Of a stretch of DNA of 64,000 nucleotides, positions 59,455 through 64,000 are shown piece after piece. The first letter of the stretch is position 1, and every line of letters starts with the position of its first letter. This stretch comes from Planctomycetota bacterium (GTDB taxonomy: Bacteria; Planctomycetota; UBA1135; UBA2386): contig OZ245838.1 in assembly GCA_965228735.1 (NCBI GenBank), positions 2,336,001 to 2,400,000 on the forward strand. The letters are read 5' to 3'. A program made the translations under genes and the position numbers. The notes under the pieces were generated by a model. That model saw only the letters and a program-made list of their open reading frames with translations. It did no database searches and was not told the origin of the DNA.

Positions 59455-59928
59455 ATGCCATCGCATGGACCGAGTCGTTCGCTCTTCCCGCTCGTGGTCA
59501 TTCTGACCGGTCTGCTCGCGCTGGCCGCGTGTCAGACGTCGAGTCCACGCGCACCGCTCGATCGGAGCCGGTGCGAGACGGTTCTGCAGGAGCAGGCCGC
59601 GCAATGGAACCGCGGCGACCTGCGCGGGTTCGTCGCGACCTACATCGACGGCGACGAACTCACGTTCCTCGGCAGCGCCGGCCTGACGCGCGGCCGCGCC
59701 GACCTGCTCGCGAGGTACGAAGCCGGCTACCCGACCGCCGAAGCGCGCGGGACGCTGCGCTTCACCGTCGTCGACTTCCAGCCGCTCGGCAACGATCACG
59801 CGCTGCTGCTCGGGCGCTACGAGCTCGAACGGGCGGACCCCGATTCCGGCTACTTCTCGCTCGTCCTGCAGCGCGACGGCGACGCGATCCGGATCCTGCA
59901 CGATCACACGAGCCGCGCCGACGGGTAA
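59455..59928 (+). CDS. NTF2-like (DUF4440/YybH) lipoprotein
   Basis: Lipobox LAAC; QAAQWNRGDL, ARYEAGYP, SGYFSLV, ILHDHTS. Confidence 0.8.
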   Translation: MPSHGPSRSLFPLVVILTGLLALAACQTSSPRAPLDRSRCETVLQEQAAQWNRGDLRGFVATYIDGDELTFLGSAGLTRGRADLLARYEAGYPTAEARGTLRFTVVDFQPLGNDHALLLGRYELERADPDSGYFSLVLQRDGDAIRILHDHTSRADG

Positions 59929-60037
59929 CAGCTTTGTCCGCTGGCCCGTGAGCGGATCCAGCGCCGTTGCCGCCGACCTCCCGGCCTCCCAGAATACCGT
60001 CCGGCCGCCGCCCAGCCCGCGGTCCGAGACCACGTTC

Positions 60038-61060
60038 ATGAACCGCCACACCGCCGTCCTCGCTCTCCTCGCCACCGCCTTCCTCTGCACCGACGCGTTC
60101 GCGCAACGCGGTGGCCGCCGCGGCCGCGACGCCGAGGCCCCGAAGCTCGAGAACTACGTCTTCGACTCCGGCGCGCTCGCGACCGAGCTGCTGACGCGCG
60201 GCGAAGCGCGCTACTACGCGCTGCTGCCCAAGGGCTGGGACGGCGACGACAACGCGGGCAAGACGTTCCCGTGGATCCTCTGGCTGCCGGGCTTCGGCGG
60301 CCCGGAGGACTTCCTGCGGCGCGGCGGCGCGACGATGCTCGACGAGCTGCGCAGCGCCGACAAGATCCCGGCGATGGCGGTGATCATCTACCGCGGCGCC
60401 GGCCGGCGCTCGGTCTACATGAACGGCGAAGGCGCGGGCCGGACCGAGGACCTGCTCACGACCGAGTTCCTCACGCACGTGCAGCGCAAGTACCGGCTCT
60501 CGGACAAGCGCGGTGAACGCGCGGTCATGGGCGTCAGCGCCGGTGGCTTCGGCGCGCTCAAGGTCGCGATGCGACACTCCGACAAGTTCGTCGCGGTCGC
60601 GGCGCACAGCTCGGCGATCCTGCCGGCCGACCCCGAGGAGCTCGGCGGCATGTGGGAAGGTCGCGTCGAACGCATGCTCGAACGCGGCCTCGACAAGGAG
60701 CTCGGCAACCCGATCGATCCGGAGAAGTGGGCCGCGCACATGCCGCTCGCGATCGCCGCGAAGAAGACGAGCAAGGCGCTGAACGGGCTGCAGATCTACC
60801 TCGCCGCCGGCACGGAGGATCACTACGGCTTCTACCCGCCGAACGAGGAGCTCGCCGCCGCGCTGCAGAAGAACGAGCACCGCCATGTGTGGCACTCGGT
60901 CGACGAAGGCGGCCACGCATGGAGCAGCCCCGAGATGCGCGACAGCGTGAAGGTGTCGCTGCAGTTCGTCGGCTTCGCAGTCGCCGGCGAGGACGCGATC
61001 AGCAAGACGAAGCCGATGCTCGCGAAGGACGACGGCAAGGCCAAGGACGGCGACAAGTAG
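60038..61060 (+). CDS. secreted alpha/beta-hydrolase esterase
   Basis: Signal peptide; GVSAGG nucleophile elbow, GTED, GGHAW. Confidence 0.82.
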   Translation: MNRHTAVLALLATAFLCTDAFAQRGGRRGRDAEAPKLENYVFDSGALATELLTRGEARYYALLPKGWDGDDNAGKTFPWILWLPGFGGPEDFLRRGGATMLDELRSADKIPAMAVIIYRGAGRRSVYMNGEGAGRTEDLLTTEFLTHVQRKYRLSDKRGERAVMGVSAGGFGALKVAMRHSDKFVAVAAHSSAILPADPEELGGMWEGRVERMLERGLDKELGNPIDPEKWAAHMPLAIAAKKTSKALNGLQIYLAAGTEDHYGFYPPNEELAAALQKNEHRHVWHSVDEGGHAWSSPEMRDSVKVSLQFVGFAVAGEDAISKTKPMLAKDDGKAKDGDK

Positions 61061-61186
61061 CTCGCCAAGAGCGGCGCGGCATCGCGCCCGACTGGGACGA
61101 TTCCGCCCCTGCCAGCGGCGCTTCGGGTTACGCTGCCAATCCGCCTCGACCCAACTCCGCCTCGATCCAACCCCGGTATCGGTTCC

Positions 61187-61813
61187 ATGGCTGACTCCAC
61201 TCCAAAACGGCGCGGCCTCTCGCGTCGCTCGTTCCTCAAGGGCAGCGCCGTCGCGTCCGCCGGCGCCGGCCTCACCGCGGCCCCCGCGATCGCCACGGGA
61301 CCGCAGGGCCCACAGTCGTTCGGCCCCGGCGCGCACGAGATCGCGCTGAAGATCAACGGGCAGGACAAGACGGTCACGGTCGAGACGCGCACGACGCTGC
61401 TCGACGCGCTGCGCGACAGCCTCGACCTCACGGGCTGCAAGAAGATCTGCGACCGCGGCGCGTGCGGCGGGTGCACGGTGCTCGTCGACGGCGAACCCGT
61501 GAACAGCTGCCTCATGCTCGCGATGGACGGGCAGGGCACGGCGATCACCACGGTCGAGAGTCTGACCGCGGGCGACACCCCGCATCCGCTCGTCGAGTCG
61601 TTCGTGAAGTGCGACGCGATGCAGTGCGGGTTCTGCACGCCGGGCATGGTGATGAGCTCGCTCGCGTGCCTGCAGAAGCGCGGCAAGCCGACGCGCGAGG
61701 AAATGGCGCACGACCTGGCCGGCAACATCTGCCGCTGCGGCACCTACGGCCGCGTGATGGACGCCATCGAGCGCACGGCGGTGGGCGACACGGGCACGGG
61801 AGGTGGGCGATGA
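61187..61813 (+). CDS. Tat-exported 2x[2Fe-2S] subunit of an aldehyde/xanthine oxidoreductase (PaoA/YagT-like)
   Basis: SRRSFLK Tat motif; CDRGACGGCTV, SCL, QCGFCTPG, NICRCG. Confidence 0.92.
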   Translation: MADSTPKRRGLSRRSFLKGSAVASAGAGLTAAPAIATGPQGPQSFGPGAHEIALKINGQDKTVTVETRTTLLDALRDSLDLTGCKKICDRGACGGCTVLVDGEPVNSCLMLAMDGQGTAITTVESLTAGDTPHPLVESFVKCDAMQCGFCTPGMVMSSLACLQKRGKPTREEMAHDLAGNICRCGTYGRVMDAIERTAVGDTGTGGGR

Positions 61814-64000
61814 CCATCCGCAAGCAGGAACACGAGATCGAGGTCGGCTACCGCGGCCTCGGCAGTTCGCCCGACCGGCTGCAGAAGACCAAGGTCACGG
61901 CGCAGGAAGGCGACGCGCCGCCGTGGGACGTCAACACGAAGTACGCCGTCGTCGGCACCGACATCGACCGCGTCGACGGCCTGCAGAAGGCCAGCGGCCG
62001 GGCGAAGTACGCCTACGACATGACCTTCCCCGGCCTGCAGCAGGCCATGATCCTGCGGTCGAGTGTCGCGCGCGGCAAGCTCACGGGCCTCGAGCTCGAC
62101 GAGGCCCAGCGCATGCCGGGCATCAGCGCCGTCGTCGCACTCAAGGAGGTCGGACAGCGCGTGCGCTTCGTCGGCGACGCGCTCGTCGCGATCGCGGGTG
62201 ACACGCTCGATCTCGTGCGCGACGCACTCGAGAAGGTCAACGCCACGTTCGACGCGGAGCCGCACGTCGTCGACTTCCTCGACAGCAAGGACGCGCCGGC
62301 CCGCGACCAGCACGGGCAGATCACCGCGCCGTGGCCGGAGAAGGACAGCGAGGACGTCGACGCCGCGCTCGCCGCGGCTGCGACGACCCACGACGCCACC
62401 TACCGAACCGAGGTGCAGACGCACAGCTCGCTCGAGACGCACGGCGGCGTCGCGAAGTGGAACGGCGACGACCTCGAGTTCTGGCTCAGCACGCAGGCGA
62501 CGTTCGGCTGCCGCAACGAGATCGCGCGCGGCCTCGGTCGCAAGGGCCATGCGCCGAAGAGCGTCGTGATCCACGCCGAGTTCGTCGGCGGCGGCTTCGG
62601 CAGCAAGTTCAGCGCCGGCGTCGAAGGCCTCGCGTGCGCGCTGCTCGCGAAGCTCGCGAAGGCGCCGGTCAAGCTCATGCTCGACCGCTACGAGGAGCAC
62701 ACGACGACGGGCAACCGGCCGTCGGCACTCATGCAGGTGCGCGCGGGCGTCGACGCGGCGGGCAAGATCACCGCGTGGGACTGGCGCAGCTTCGGCGGCA
62801 CGGGCTTCAACGGCCGCGGCGGCGCGGTGCGGGTCCCGAGCTCGTACACCGGCGCGGCGAAGACGCGGCAGAACCACCAGGACATCGCGGCCGACACGGA
62901 TCCGGCGCGGCCCATGCGCGCGCCGGGCTACCCGCAGGGCTACTTCGGCGCCGAGCTGTTCCTCGACGAGCTCGCGGCCAAGGCCGGGATCGATCCGCTC
63001 GAGTTCCGGCTGCAGAACGATCATGACCAGATCCGCCAGGACCAGTGGCGCTTCGGCGCGGAGCGCTTCGGCTGGGCCGCGGCCAGGAAGCGCAGAAACG
63101 CCGCGGACGCGCGCTACCGGCGCGGCGTCGGCCTCGCGAGCGCGCGTTGGGGCCAGCTCGGCAACCACGGCTTCCGCACGCGCCACGGCGCGTTCTGTCG
63201 CATCAACCCGGACGGCACGGTCGAGTCGCGCAGCGGCGCGCAGGACGTCGGCCCGGGGCTCAAGACGGTGCAGACCGTGCTCACGGCCGAAGAGCTCGGG
63301 TGCGATCCGACGGTCGTCACGAGCACGAGCGGTCACACCTACGACCCGTCGGGCCCGGCGTCCGGCGGCAGCACGACGACGCCGAGCCTCGCCCCGGTGA
63401 TCCGCAACGCGGCCGCGAACGCCAAGAAGCAGTTGATCGAGCTCGTCGCCGAGCACCTCGGGGTGCCGGTCGAAGAAGTCACCTGCAAGGGCGGCAAGGT
63501 CGGCACGGGCACGGCGCAACTCGCGTGGCGTGAGGCCTGCAAGCTCATCGGTCCCAACCCGATCGACGCGCAGGGTGAGCGCTTTCCCAACTACGAGGAG
63601 GATCCGTTCCACCGCGGCGTCTGCGGCGCGCAGTTCGCCGAGGTCGAGATCGACACGTGGACCGGCATCGTGCGGGTCACGCGCATGCTCGGCATCCAGG
63701 ACTGCGGGCTCGTGATCGCGAAGAAGCTCGCGGAGAGCCAGGTGCTCGGCGCGATGATCCAGGGCGTGAGCTTCGCGCTGCACGAGCAGCGACTCATGGA
63801 CCGGCAGAGCGGTCGCATGCTCAACGGCGACTTCCTGCGCTACAAGGTCACGGGGACGAAGGACCTGCCGGACCTCGACTGCGTGATGATGACGATCGCC
63901 AACGGCCACAGCAACGTGGGCGCCGCGGGCCTCGGCGAACCGCCCTCGGTCGCCGCACCCGCCGCGATCGCCAACGCGGTCTTCCACGCGCTCGGCAAGC
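61810..64000 (+). CDS. xanthine dehydrogenase-family molybdopterin-binding subunit (3' truncated)
   Basis: ATGA overlap with the Fe-S gene; RVDGLQKASGRAKY, VGGGFGSK, PMRAPG, SGGSTT, GLGEPP...AAIANAV. No stop inside the window, so it is absent from the ORF track. Confidence 0.92.
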   Translation, partial: MTIRKQEHEIEVGYRGLGSSPDRLQKTKVTAQEGDAPPWDVNTKYAVVGTDIDRVDGLQKASGRAKYAYDMTFPGLQQAMILRSSVARGKLTGLELDEAQRMPGISAVVALKEVGQRVRFVGDALVAIAGDTLDLVRDALEKVNATFDAEPHVVDFLDSKDAPARDQHGQITAPWPEKDSEDVDAALAAAATTHDATYRTEVQTHSSLETHGGVAKWNGDDLEFWLSTQATFGCRNEIARGLGRKGHAPKSVVIHAEFVGGGFGSKFSAGVEGLACALLAKLAKAPVKLMLDRYEEHTTTGNRPSALMQVRAGVDAAGKITAWDWRSFGGTGFNGRGGAVRVPSSYTGAAKTRQNHQDIAADTDPARPMRAPGYPQGYFGAELFLDELAAKAGIDPLEFRLQNDHDQIRQDQWRFGAERFGWAAARKRRNAADARYRRGVGLASARWGQLGNHGFRTRHGAFCRINPDGTVESRSGAQDVGPGLKTVQTVLTAEELGCDPTVVTSTSGHTYDPSGPASGGSTTTPSLAPVIRNAAANAKKQLIELVAEHLGVPVEEVTCKGGKVGTGTAQLAWREACKLIGPNPIDAQGERFPNYEEDPFHRGVCGAQFAEVEIDTWTGIVRVTRMLGIQDCGLVIAKKLAESQVLGAMIQGVSFALHEQRLMDRQSGRMLNGDFLRYKVTGTKDLPDLDCVMMTIANGHSNVGAAGLGEPPSVAAPAAIANAVFHALGK

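Overview
A 64-kb, very GC-rich bacterial chromosomal segment, probably Planctomycetota (inferred from a planctomycete-type ECF sigma factor, several exported HEAT-repeat proteins and an insertion-rich ValS). It is mostly housekeeping and envelope genes: acnA, valS, rnhA, RluA/RluD-type synthase, cardiolipin synthase, Lhr helicase, tRNA-Thr(CGT), glycosyltransferases, peptidases, a sigma54 activator and a truncated Tat-exported molybdoenzyme operon. The most striking unexplained structure is a non-palindromic 19-bp motif (TCCACAC-NC-NNN-CCAKCRS) seen 14 times, all within 28.2-41.9 kb. Two copies form the inverted ends of a lone IS1-like transposase whose third catalytic acid appears replaced by Asn. 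Others form a 36-37-bp-period array, a MITE-like pair, and inverted pairs that bracket ordinary genes. I infer a possible REP/RAYT-like system built on an IS1-like enzyme. Other highlights are a THUMP-less Pus10-type pseudouridine synthase (a mainly archaeal/eukaryotic family), a divergent RNase HII/HIII-like gene near rnhA, and three GTAC-footed REPIN-like inverted repeats. All calls come from motif recognition by eye; no searches were run.
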